DNA from: a virus
Taxonomy: Duplodnaviria > Caudoviricetes
Length of the DNA: 35,267 bases
Virus record (IMG/VR): IMGVR_UViG_3300033475_000102
Location: 1 to 35,267 of that record
Direction: 5' to 3' (one strand)
Below, one piece after another: positions 17,995-25,911 of the stretch. A program made the position numbers and the translations under genes. The notes under the pieces were generated by a model. It ran no database searches. It worked only from the letters and a program-made list of their open reading frames with translations, and was not told where the DNA came from. Position 1 is the stretch's first letter. The number at the start of each line of letters is the position of its first letter.

Positions 17995-18740
17995 TTGGCT
18001 ATAGCCTCGTTGGCCAAGCGGATTCGTTCCTGATTGGCGTTTTCAAGGCTCTGCCGGCCGCCGCCACCAAATCGCTTTTCGTTGCGGCACCAGTATTGGA
18101 ACCCGCGCCGGAAATCGTCGAATAGCGTGCCCTTGCTCAAATGATTGAGCTTGAAGCGCTCGGCAGTATCCCGAGGGTCTACGCAGCCTTGCGCATTGGC
18201 ATAGGCCAGATCGTCGTCGGTTGGCTCCCAATCATCCGGGAGCTTGGATTTCCTTTTTGTCGGTTTGGGCGCGGAAGCGCCAACCAAAGCGTTAGCTTTG
18301 GATACCTCCTCCCTCCTCCCTCCTCCCTCCTCCATCTGCGGAGGAATTTCCGAAATCGATTGAGTTGAAGGCGGTGGCGTTTCCCCATCTTCCCCACTTA
18401 AGCAAACGTAATTTCGGAAATCATCCGGGATGGGATGCCACGACTTCGGCGATTTAGGACGCTGAAACCTACGGAAGTTCCGAATTGCTCCGTACTTACG
18501 TCCATCGATTTCGTAAGAAGCCACCTTGTTGGAGGTAGTGAGTTCGGAAACGAACGGTTCCAAACTTCCATCCTTCAGGGGGCGAAGGCGAATTTTGAGC
18601 TTGTTAAGGTTCCACTCAAACACGCCATTATCGTCCGCCTCGGTGAGCAGCCCGAGATAGATGATCTGCGCTCCATCGCTTAGAGCGGCAAACTCTGGGT
18701 CTGAAAACAGCCCAGGGTGAATGGAGCGGATGCGCGCCAT
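17991..18740 (-). CDS. Phage replication initiator (lambda O-like position, DnaT-like C-terminus)
   Basis: MARIRSIHPGLF...LLTEADDNG N-domain, low-complexity linker, LPDDWEP...F...W C-domain. Confidence 0.8.
   Translation of the reverse strand: MARIRSIHPGLFSDPEFAALSDGAQIIYLGLLTEADDNGVFEWNLNKLKIRLRPLKDGSLEPFVSELTTSNKVASYEIDGRKYGAIRNFRRFQRPKSPKSWHPIPDDFRNYVCLSGEDGETPPPSTQSISEIPPQMEEGGGRREEVSKANALVGASAPKPTKRKSKLPDDWEPTDDDLAYANAQGCVDPRDTAERFKLNHLSKGTLFDDFRRGFQYWCRNEKRFGGGGRQSLENANQERIRLANEAIAK
18305..18332. repeat. Perfect heptamer tandem repeat (CCTCCTC)x4 in the initiator linker
   Basis: Read directly; (GAGGAGG)x4 on the coding strand. Confidence 0.9.
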
Positions 18741-18742
18741 GG

Positions 18743-18952
18743 CTAAAGCTTGATTCCCATCAAGTCGCGGATAGCAAGAAGCAGCAGCTCTGCGTGTTCT
18801 TTAGCTATGACGATCACGGCATCATCGTCATCTGTTGCGCTGCGTTCTTGCCGAATGACCAGATCGGCATTTCCATTGTGATGAACGGCAACCGAGCCAT
18901 AACTACGAAATAGAATTTCGTCGTTGTCTTTGCTCCAATCAAAGTCGCTCAT
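18743..18952 (-). CDS. Hypothetical acidic protein
   Basis: Coupled ORF with AGGA RBS. Confidence 0.6.
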   Translation of the reverse strand: MSDFDWSKDNDEILFRSYGSVAVHHNGNADLVIRQERSATDDDDAVIVIAKEHAELLLLAIRDLMGIKL

Positions 18953-19317
18953 GCTGTTTTCCTTCCACGCTTCACAAAATCAAGTGCCTTGGCGACCTCG
19001 GAAACGCTGCGGCATAAGACAAACCACGCCTTGCAGCCCAACATCGCGTCGGCAAATTCCCGCTGCTCTGGCGTGAGAGTCGCGCTCTTGTGGTCGCGCT
19101 TCAGCTCGATCCAGAGGACGTTCGGCCCGGGACCCATCACGAGAATGTCCGCAATGCCCCGCTTGACACCCCTCGCCTTTCGGGCTGCCGCCTGGCGTGG
19201 GCTCAGCTTTGCGGCGTGATCTATCGAGGTCCACCAGAACGGCGGATGAATGACCGTGTTCAGGAATTGCACCACGTGCTTTTGCAACGTGTGCTCGCTG
19301 GCAATGGGCAGCTTCAC
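18949..19317 (-). CDS. VRR-NUC family nuclease (putative junction resolvase)
   Basis: SEHTLQ...GVKRGIADI...WIELK...LTPEQREF...RSV: PD-(D/E)xK VRR-NUC pattern. Confidence 0.85.
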   Translation of the reverse strand: MKLPIASEHTLQKHVVQFLNTVIHPPFWWTSIDHAAKLSPRQAAARKARGVKRGIADILVMGPGPNVLWIELKRDHKSATLTPEQREFADAMLGCKAWFVLCRSVSEVAKALDFVKRGRKTA

Positions 19318-19910
19318 TGCAGCACCTCGAAGCGCCGCTTCACGGAGAGAGCTGCTTCGTAAAGCACCTCATCAGCAGCCATCCAATCCGGCGCACGAGT
19401 GCAGCCGTGCATGATCGAGGTGTGATCCATGCGGTTGAAGAACCGGGTTATCTGCGGCAGGCTCCTGTCCTTGCAGAGATGCCGGCATAGCCACCAAGCC
19501 ACATGCCGGGGCTTGCAGAGGTCCTTGGAGCGCCTGGGGCTCATCATGTCGTCGTAGGTAAACGGCATGTTGTTGGCGCGGAAATCGCGGCTCTCCAATT
19601 CTTTAAGGAACTGAGCCGTTACCTCAGCCATCTCCGGACAATTCATCGGCGCATTCGGCTTCCGTCTCTCGTCTTTGGCTTCCCTTAGGGCAGCGGTCAG
19701 AAGCTTGTTGTTCCGTTTGTGCTGCTCGATTTCCTTCAAAAGGCGTTCGATGGCACGCCGTAGGTCGGCATTTACGCCCCGCAGGATCTCACTCTCTGTC
19801 TTCCTCGCCTCGGTGGGAAAGGCACGACGAAAGGCGGAATCGCTCATCCGTTGCCGGTTGACCTCGATAAGCTTTGTGCGATCGGGAAGAAACTCGCTAA
19901 CAACGGACAT
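19314..19910 (-). CDS. Coiled-coil plus DnaA C-terminal-like HTH protein
   Basis: SPRRSKDLCKPRHVAWWLCR...SLPQITRFFNRMDHTSIMHG matches DnaA domain IV. Confidence 0.8.
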   Translation of the reverse strand: MSVVSEFLPDRTKLIEVNRQRMSDSAFRRAFPTEARKTESEILRGVNADLRRAIERLLKEIEQHKRNNKLLTAALREAKDERRKPNAPMNCPEMAEVTAQFLKELESRDFRANNMPFTYDDMMSPRRSKDLCKPRHVAWWLCRHLCKDRSLPQITRFFNRMDHTSIMHGCTRAPDWMAADEVLYEAALSVKRRFEVLQ

Positions 19911-19912
19911 GA

Positions 19913-20140
19913 CTAATTCCCCAAATAAACACGGCGGCGGTGGGCATCATCCAGGCGACGGAGCATTGCGCTCCAGCGGCCTTTCAACCGGGCCGCACAT
20001 GCACGCTGGGCGGTGACGGCGGGATCATCGGAGAGCGGGATCTCCGCAATCTTGTGCAAAGACCCGAACAGCAGCGCGAAGGCGGTGCGCTCGTCATGCA
20101 CGATCTTCTCGTATTGCTCGGGGCTCATCACTTGCACCAC
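19913..20140 (-). CDS. Hypothetical protein
   Basis: Fills the operon gap on the coding strand; start uncertain. Confidence 0.45.
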   Translation of the reverse strand: MVQVMSPEQYEKIVHDERTAFALLFGSLHKIAEIPLSDDPAVTAQRACAARLKGRWSAMLRRLDDAHRRRVYLGN

Positions 20141-20164
20141 GTATCTTGATCGAAGAGGTCCGGA

Positions 20165-20569
20165 CTACGGACCGACGCTACGAGGTCTCGCTTTGCTCGC
20201 GTTGCGGCGTAACTCGCCACTCGGTGCGCTATGCTGTGCACGCGCTTCCACAGCATTCCGCGCCAGAACCTCAAGTTCATGGGCAGTTTCCTCGCGCTCA
20301 ATAGCGCTTTGTTTGAATTGATCGAAAATGGCTTGAAGATGAATCCACTCGGACGCCGAAAGCTCGACTCTCTTCAACCACACGTTACGCGTACGCCAGT
20401 AATTCCATCCAAGGCGGCGCGCTGCTCGTGCAAGCCACGCCTCCCGCGTATCGTTCCATCCCCTCGGGCCGGCAATAGTGCCGACCATCTCTGCAGACCT
20501 GAGCGCAACGTCAAACATGTGCTGACCCCGGCACGACTTGTGCTGCCTGTGACCCACTTTCCCCTCCAT
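20165..20569 (-). CDS. Putative CII-like HTH regulator
   Basis: DTREAWLARAARRLGWNYWRTRNVW HTH-like motif; position between cro and replication genes. Confidence 0.55.
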   Translation of the reverse strand: MEGKVGHRQHKSCRGQHMFDVALRSAEMVGTIAGPRGWNDTREAWLARAARRLGWNYWRTRNVWLKRVELSASEWIHLQAIFDQFKQSAIEREETAHELEVLARNAVEARAQHSAPSGELRRNASKARPRSVGP

Positions 20570-20930
20570 AAGGCTGCTTATGGGAAGGGTTGTTCATTCT
20601 TGGAAACCTATTGGCTTCATCGCGAGGCGCCTGGCCGGCAAGCTGATGGCGTCTCGCGCCGGAATTTCTGGGTCTGGCCGGGAGATCAGCGCAGACCCAA
20701 GGCATCGGGGAGAAAGCGATGCCTGCCGCTCGACAGACGGGGGAGGATGTGAGCGGGCTTTCGGAGAGGAAGCCGCGAGAGACAAGGCAGTTGCCGCCGG
20801 CAATGAAGGCCGTCCTCAAGCGGAGTCTGCACACGATACCAACAGCGGTAGACCCGCTGCCTGGGGGAGGAGCGGCTATGACACCGCCGTGTGCGATTGG
20901 GAATTTGGGTACCGGTTGGTGGGAACCGGT
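20566..20930 (-). ncRNA. Candidate structured RNA: tandem hairpin array with C/U-rich loops (cuckoo/alpha-r14-like)
   Basis: Stems at 20566-20583, 20621-20658, 20669-20699, 20700-20724, 20726-20756, 20756-20774, 20829-20894 and 20911-20930. Minus-strand loops include AUCUCCC, CUUUCUCCC, UCCUCCCCC and CCUCUCC. Confidence 0.55.
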
Positions 20931-20981
20931 TGGGGCTGCGGTACGGATTACCCCCGTTCTCTGTGCCGTGGCCCTCATTTT

Positions 20982-21164
20982 TCAGTACCTCGCCTTTGTG
21001 GCCTCGATGGCCGACAGAACGAGGACGAGCCAAGCCGCAAACAGGACGTAGCCGACCTGCGTAATATCTGCCTCGCGACCAAGGAAGACTTGCAAGGCAG
21101 CTTCACTCAGGAACGTGAATGCGAGGGCCACCACGGCGGCGATGAAGGCGACGAGCCAGTTCAT
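20982..21164 (-). CDS. Small two-TM membrane protein
   Basis: 60 aa, two hydrophobic segments, GAGG RBS. Confidence 0.55.
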   Translation of the reverse strand: MNWLVAFIAAVVALAFTFLSEAALQVFLGREADITQVGYVLFAAWLVLVLSAIEATKARY

Positions 21165-21167
21165 CGG

Positions 21168-21347
21168 CTACCTCAGAAGCCCGAGAATTGTTTCTACGGT
21201 GCTGCTTATAACGGCGAGGGTGAAGTTGAGCGCAAGGCCAGCAGAACAAAGGATGATGACCCAGGAGTGGTCGCTATAGAGCGATGCCACAGTCAAGTTG
21301 ATCGCCTGAAGGACGACCAGCGCCCAGAGGATGATTACTGCCCTCAT
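21168..21347 (-). CDS. Small two-TM membrane protein (59 aa)
   Basis: Not in the track. MRAVIILWALVVLQAINLTVASLYSDHSWVIILCSAGLALNFTLAVISSTVETILGLLR; ATGA-coupled. Confidence 0.55.
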   Translation of the reverse strand: MRAVIILWALVVLQAINLTVASLYSDHSWVIILCSAGLALNFTLAVISSTVETILGLLR

Positions 21348-21508
21348 GGCAACAGCGCCCTAGCCAGCTCAACGCCAAACCCGATCAGCGCCCACATGAA
21401 GAGCGAGGGGATGATGGCCATCCGGATTCCCCGCCACACAGAGGCATCCATCACGAGCTGTTCCTCTAGCTCGGCGTCGCTGTACTCGGTGAAATCGACA
21501 ACGCTCAT
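21344..21508 (-). CDS. Small single-TM protein
   Basis: MSVVDFTEYSDAELEE...AIIPSLFMWALIGFGV; ATGA-coupled, GGAG RBS. Confidence 0.55.
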   Translation of the reverse strand: MSVVDFTEYSDAELEEQLVMDASVWRGIRMAIIPSLFMWALIGFGVELARALLP

Positions 21509-21921
21509 GCTGCTTTCTCCCGTTTCAGGTGCGCCGAAATGCGTTTCGCCCATTCTCTGAGTTCCCAATATTCGTCGAACTCAAAGGCCGGGCGGTGTTC
21601 GCCGTGAACGAAAGCCTCAACGGCTTCCTTGATTGGCGGGATCGCGGGATAGATCTCACAGCAATCCGATGCGTGAAGGCCGCGAAGCGCGCGGTGAAAT
21701 TGCTGCTCCGCGCGCCACGTAGAGCGGCAGATGCCGATTATTCTGAACGGCGCGTACTGCGGATAAGCGTGGTCAAGAGCCGCAAGCCGGCCGCCAATGC
21801 GAGAGGAGAAACCAACCTTTATCCATTCTCCATCCGCCGACGTAGCCGCGTAGATGCAACCAATCTCCCGGAATTTTCCATGGCGCCAGCACTTGAGGCG
21901 CTCAGCCGTAAGCGCACTCAT
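21505..21921 (-). CDS. GIY-YIG-like (T5orf172/MUG113) domain protein
   Basis: GCIYAA...IKVGFS...RL..L...AEQQFHRAL motif; TGATG-coupled to cro. Confidence 0.7.
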   Translation of the reverse strand: MSALTAERLKCWRHGKFREIGCIYAATSADGEWIKVGFSSRIGGRLAALDHAYPQYAPFRIIGICRSTWRAEQQFHRALRGLHASDCCEIYPAIPPIKEAVEAFVHGEHRPAFEFDEYWELREWAKRISAHLKREKAA

Positions 21922-22127
21922 CAGCCCCTCGTCCGCTTCTTCAAGGGTGGGGAGAACAGGTCTTTCCCGTCTTCGAGTGCGATGGCCTCGATCTTCTCGG
22001 CGCGCCAATACGGGACGTTTCCGCTGCGCTTCCAGCCGTGGACGGTTGTGTATTTAACGCCGAGGCGTCTCGCGAAAGCCTTCAGGCTTCCGTAAGCAGC
22101 TTCAGCCTTATCGAAGGAAACATCCAT
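21921..22127 (-). CDS. cro: Cro-like HTH repressor
   Basis: YGSLKAFARRLGVKYTTVHGWKRSGNVP; divergent from the cI-like gene. Confidence 0.8.
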   Translation of the reverse strand: MDVSFDKAEAAYGSLKAFARRLGVKYTTVHGWKRSGNVPYWRAEKIEAIALEDGKDLFSPPLKKRTRG

Positions 22128-22133
22128 GCCGCG

Positions 22134-22162
22134 AAGGTACGAGAAACGTACCCAGCCGTCAA
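22134..22162 (-). promoter_or_regulatory. PR-like promoter (TTGACG-N17-TACCTT) with overlapping operator GGTACG-N5-CGTACC (22136-22152)
   Basis: Read directly. The -10 lies 6 nt before the cro ATG, implying a leaderless mRNA. Confidence 0.75.
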
Positions 22163-22224
22163 GCCAAGAAGAGTGGGTTTGCGTACCGTTACGGATCGGC
22201 CCGGAAAATGTACCCTATTGGTCG

Positions 22225-22908
22225 ATGGAGTGGCTGAAACCCCGCTTGCGCGAACTAAACAAGTCCGGCGCCGGCCTCGCGCGCGCCCTCGGCAAGCCCA
22301 AAGAACGGGTCTACGAGATGCAGCGCGGCGACAGGCGGCTACAAGCCGAGGAGGTGCCGGCTGCCGCCAGGTACTTGGAAATGAGCGAGCAGGAGTTGCT
22401 GGCGATCATTACCGGTGAACCAGTCCCGCCCTCAGCAATTTTTGATCCGTCGCCACCGGCAGATACATCGTCATCGACGAAATCACAGTTTGGTCGCAAG
22501 CTCCCACCTTTGGTAATCTGGAAGGTGGTTCCGCATTTAGGGAGCCGCTTCGGGGGCTTCATGTTGATAGCCGAGAAAGACGGCGAATTACCTCGCTCAA
22601 GTGATTTAGAATACAACAAAAAGGCATTCGCATTCAAAGTGATAGATGACGCAAACAAGGCCGTCTATAAGCAGAGAGACCGCCTCGTGGTTGATCCGGA
22701 GCTGACTCCGGCACCGGACGATGATTGCATATTCGCAGCCAGCATGCCCACAAATCGGGGAGCACTAGCCGTCGTCGGAAATCTGATTCGATCCACAGAC
22801 GACCTGTGGATAATTAGCCAATACGCTGCCCCGGAAACGGAAATAGAGCTTTCGAGGCACGACTACCCGCACGCGTGGCCCATCGTTGAAAGACACCGAC
22901 CCCGCTAA
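22225..22908 (+). CDS. cI: CI-like repressor (HTH plus degenerate S24 domain)
   Basis: WLKPRLRELNKSGAGLARALG...VYEM...RRLQ HTH; C-domain AFAFKV...Y...D.LVVDP. Start at 22225 chosen from the HTH boundary. Confidence 0.8.
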   Translation: MEWLKPRLRELNKSGAGLARALGKPKERVYEMQRGDRRLQAEEVPAAARYLEMSEQELLAIITGEPVPPSAIFDPSPPADTSSSTKSQFGRKLPPLVIWKVVPHLGSRFGGFMLIAEKDGELPRSSDLEYNKKAFAFKVIDDANKAVYKQRDRLVVDPELTPAPDDDCIFAASMPTNRGALAVVGNLIRSTDDLWIISQYAAPETEIELSRHDYPHAWPIVERHRPR

Positions 22909-22947
22909 TTAGGCGGGGCGAACGCGCGGGATAACTTTGTCTGGCTA

Positions 22948-23001
22948 GGTACAAAAAATGTACCTCTGCCTATTGACGAGAAGGTACGACTTTCGTATCC
23001 T
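22948..23001 (+). promoter_or_regulatory. PL-like promoter (TTGACG 22973-22978, N17, TATCCT) with two operators (22948-22964, 22983-22999)
   Basis: GGTACA-N5-TGTACC and GGTACG-N5-CGTATC match the operator at PR. Confidence 0.75.
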
Positions 23002-23027
23002 CCTTCCGTAGTTGAACGGAGCATCAC

Positions 23028-23261
23028 ATGTCCCCACGCCAAAGACGCCGCCGCTTCCGGTCCGCCGCCCTTCTGCTGGCGCTGCTGTCCGGTATCGCCG
23101 TCGGCACCCAAGGATGCGCGGCCGTAGCAGTCGGCTACCTGATCGGTGACGGCATCGCCCGCTCCGACAAGGCCAAGGCCTGCCGGCAAAACCTTCAGAC
23201 CGTGAATGCCGATCGACTGGCGCACGGCAAGGACGCCTTCCCTGATCAATGCGGTTCGTAG
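23028..23261 (+). CDS. Small putative lipoprotein
   Basis: Arg-rich N-region, hydrophobic stretch, lipobox-like TQG-C, two further Cys. Confidence 0.6.
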   Translation: MSPRQRRRRFRSAALLLALLSGIAVGTQGCAAVAVGYLIGDGIARSDKAKACRQNLQTVNADRLAHGKDAFPDQCGS

Positions 23262-23279
23262 GCCGCGGCCCACAGGAGG

Positions 23280-23522
23280 ATGGAGATGGCGCGACGGATT
23301 TTCATCGACACGTTCTCAAGCCTGGACGAGTTGCCCAAGAAGCATCACGGCGATCCAGAAAAGGTTTTGAACGTGCTGCGCAAGGAAGGTCGCTTTAGCA
23401 CATTCGAAATGGCCGAAAGCCCCACGCTATGGCGCACCGTCGATGGGCTCCGGCGGGAGGGGCGCATCGAACTCGACAATAACACGCCCTACCCATGGAC
23501 GCTCGTAACTGTGCGGTCCTAA
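23280..23522 (+). CDS. Small winged-helix-like hypothetical protein
   Basis: AGGAGG RBS; helix-helix-beta-hairpin pattern. Confidence 0.55.
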   Translation: MEMARRIFIDTFSSLDELPKKHHGDPEKVLNVLRKEGRFSTFEMAESPTLWRTVDGLRREGRIELDNNTPYPWTLVTVRS

Positions 23523-23550
23523 TCCCCCACCCTCGCAAGGAGAGACCGTA

Positions 23551-23892
23551 ATGCCGAGAGATTTGGTCGAGTTTCCCGAAGTTGGAGTTCAGCCGCAGGT
23601 GCCGGCTCCTATCGATCCTATCACAGAGCGCCTTCTGCTTGGTCGATCGCGCGTCGCTGATAATTGGGCTCAGGAGCCTTCTTGCACGACTCGCTTTTGC
23701 GCGGGCCTCGCTGTGCTCTGTCTGACGCCCCATGCGATGGATAAAGTCGGCGAGGAAGCTTGGGATGCGTTGGAGGCTGTACTGCCGAAGCGATTCCATC
23801 TCATCACCACCTACAACGACCACCCGAGCACCACTCACGCGGACATCCTAGCCCTGTTCGATAAGGCAATAGCCGCTCGCAGGAGCGCGTGA
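23551..23892 (+). CDS. Phage protein, DUF6197-like
   Basis: W.Q...FC..LA...YNDHPSTTHADILALFDKAI motif; AGGAG RBS. Confidence 0.65.
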   Translation: MPRDLVEFPEVGVQPQVPAPIDPITERLLLGRSRVADNWAQEPSCTTRFCAGLAVLCLTPHAMDKVGEEAWDALEAVLPKRFHLITTYNDHPSTTHADILALFDKAIAARRSA

Positions 23893-24176
23893 TGGACACC
23901 CTTTCCCGCGAATACGAATCCGGCGGTGCTCGTCCGTCCTACGCCGCACTGGACCGCGCCAGGAACGATCTGGAGGCGCTCGACGTCGCCAAGGACCAGG
24001 CCATGAATGCCGTCAGGAGCGCTCTCTGGGACCTCCAGCAGCACGGCGGCGGCTACTCCGACACAGAACGCCGGGACGCTATCGAGGCCATTGCCGAGGT
24101 CATCGGTGACCTTGTGTGGGATCGCTTCCACGCCCTGAAGGACGAGATCGATACGCTGGAGGTGGCGCTGCCATGA
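23889..24176 (+). CDS. Hypothetical acidic helical protein
   Basis: Coupled ORF with strong GC3 bias. Confidence 0.6.
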   Translation: MMDTLSREYESGGARPSYAALDRARNDLEALDVAKDQAMNAVRSALWDLQQHGGGYSDTERRDAIEAIAEVIGDLVWDRFHALKDEIDTLEVALP

Positions 24177-24421
24177 CCACCATCGGCCTTCCCTCCCCCG
24201 TCCTATTCCCCTGGGGCGACAAGGACCTGAGCAAGGAGCAGGACGAGCAACGCACGTTGTTCTTCATGCGCCAGCAGGCGCGAGAAACCCCGGCATGCTG
24301 CTTCTGGTCCCCCGAGTTCCACCGTGTACGTGCGGAGCTGGAGCGGTCTGAAAATCGCGCCATCAGGAAGCACGCTCTCCGTTTACCAATCGCATATCAG
24401 GATGTGGGGGATTCGGCATGA
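24173..24421 (+). CDS. Hypothetical protein
   Basis: GGAGG RBS; ATGA coupling gives the start MTTIG. Confidence 0.55.
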   Translation: MTTIGLPSPVLFPWGDKDLSKEQDEQRTLFFMRQQARETPACCFWSPEFHRVRAELERSENRAIRKHALRLPIAYQDVGDSA

Positions 24422-24552
24422 TCTCCCCTGAGATGCACCAGGAGATGGAGAAGATGGTGCCGGCTAACCCTGTGGGGGCTCGCATTATGAAATGGGTTCG
24501 CTCCGCGCTACGCGCTCTCGCCAAACAGAAAAAGCATGAGGTGATGTCATGA
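24418..24552 (+). CDS. 44-aa coupled ORF containing repeat copy 1
   Basis: MISPEMHQEMEKMVPANPVGARIMKWVRSALRALAKQKKHEVMS; ATGA overlaps at both ends. Confidence 0.4.
   Translation: MISPEMHQEMEKMVPANPVGARIMKWVRSALRALAKQKKHEVMS
24494..24542 (+). repeat. Dispersed hairpin repeat, copy 1
   Basis: GGGTTCGCTCCGCGCTACGCGCTCTCGCCAAACAGAAAAAGCATGAGGT, near-identical to 26949-26995. Confidence 0.85.
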
Positions 24553-24734
24553 CTCGCCACGAGCATGGTCAATTGCAGGATGCCATCTTCGAACTTCACG
24601 AGGGCTATGCGTTTCGGGCGATCCGCATCCTCGAAGCGATGGCGCTGGAGGCTCAGAAGGGCTTTGACGCGGAAGACCGCTATTGGAGCAGCGTTGAAGC
24701 CGAAAGTGTGCCCGTGAATGCGGAGGCCGCGTGA
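24549..24734 (+). CDS. Hypothetical protein
   Basis: GAGGTG RBS; coupled at both ends. Confidence 0.55.
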   Translation: MTRHEHGQLQDAIFELHEGYAFRAIRILEAMALEAQKGFDAEDRYWSSVEAESVPVNAEAA

Positions 24735-25486
24735 TGGACCCGCGCAAGGTTCTCGCCGGAAAGTCGGGCGATCCGCACCTCTCCTATTCCTCGATCGCCA
24801 AGTTCCGGGCGGCGCCAAACGTTTGGGCATTATCGTACCTCATGGGCATCCGTGACGATGCCGGTCCCTCGGCGTGGCGCGGGCAGTCGGTAGAGGCTGG
24901 CTTGGACAAGCTCCTGTGGGGCTACGATCTGCCCATGGCCTTGGCTGAGACGCGCCGTCGTTGGGATGAACTGGCCCAGGGTGTCGTCGATGAGAAAGCC
25001 GCCAAGGAATACGAATCCCTGGAAGACTTCCTGAAGCAGGCCCAGGCAGCCACCAAGGGCAAGCCGATGCCGCTCACCCGGCAGAGCAAGATCGAGGTCG
25101 ATATCCCGGGCATCGATATCCCGCTGATCGGCTACACCGACTATCGATGGGACGACCACGGGCTTGATCTCAAGACCACGCTCAGGATGCCGTCTGAGGC
25201 CCGTCCGGATCATTGCGAGCAATGCACGATCTACCGGAGGGCAACCGGCATTCCCTTCTCCCTTCTCTACGTCACGCCGAAGAAGTGGAGCATTCACGAG
25301 GTCGTTGACGACGGCTCGGCATGGGAAAGCGTCTGCCGCTCTGCTCACGCCCTGGTACACGCCATTCGCAAGGCCGACAGCCCCGCCGACTTCATGCGGA
25401 TGTTCGCCCCCGACTTCTCGGTCTTCTACTGGAGCGATCCACTGCGGGAGGCCGCCAATAAGTTCTATCTGGAGACTGCAGCATGA
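24731..25486 (+). CDS. PD-(D/E)xK exonuclease (recombination module)
   Basis: HLSYSSI...RGQSVE...IGYTD...DLKT...Q...Y motifs. Confidence 0.85.
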   Translation: MMDPRKVLAGKSGDPHLSYSSIAKFRAAPNVWALSYLMGIRDDAGPSAWRGQSVEAGLDKLLWGYDLPMALAETRRRWDELAQGVVDEKAAKEYESLEDFLKQAQAATKGKPMPLTRQSKIEVDIPGIDIPLIGYTDYRWDDHGLDLKTTLRMPSEARPDHCEQCTIYRRATGIPFSLLYVTPKKWSIHEVVDDGSAWESVCRSAHALVHAIRKADSPADFMRMFAPDFSVFYWSDPLREAANKFYLETAA

Positions 25487-25911
25487 CGCAAATCACAGTT
25501 GAGAAGCTTTTCCCTCCTCAGGATGGGGCGAAGTCTGGTGGCATCAGGGGCACGGACGGGCGCGTCTACCGCGTTAAGACGGCATCCTTCGATCGCTACC
25601 AGGTCGGGCAGACGTTCAATGTCGCCGTGAAGGAAACTGAGTTCAACGGCAAGTCCTATTTCTGGCTTCCGGATGAGTTCAATCCTGGCCCTCTCTCGTC
25701 GAATTCCTCGGCGCCATCACAAGCACCCGCACCGTTGGGTCATAATCGACCTCCGGTGGCCAGCGGCAATGTCCAGACTAAGGACGCCGCCATGTTCGTG
25801 ATGGGCGTTGTCGGTCGCGCCATGGGCTCCGGAAAGTTCGATACGCAGGATATCCCCTTGCTGGCCAAGGCCGCTATAGCCGCCTGGAACGAGGTTAAGG
25901 GCTCGCTGTGA
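25483..25911 (+). CDS. Putative ssDNA-binding/recombination accessory protein
   Basis: OB-like beta N-domain, linker and helical C-domain; follows the exonuclease. Confidence 0.5.
   Translation: MTQITVEKLFPPQDGAKSGGIRGTDGRVYRVKTASFDRYQVGQTFNVAVKETEFNGKSYFWLPDEFNPGPLSSNSSAPSQAPAPLGHNRPPVASGNVQTKDAAMFVMGVVGRAMGSGKFDTQDIPLLAKAAIAAWNEVKGSL

Noticed and set aside
20511-20978. 155-aa minus-strand ORF over the hairpin array
   Set aside because: Composition looks non-protein-like and the region is better explained by RNA structure; a short translated 5' part cannot be excluded.
20580-21560. 326-aa plus-strand ORF
   Set aside because: Antisense to three coupled membrane ORFs and the hairpin array; no recognisable domain.
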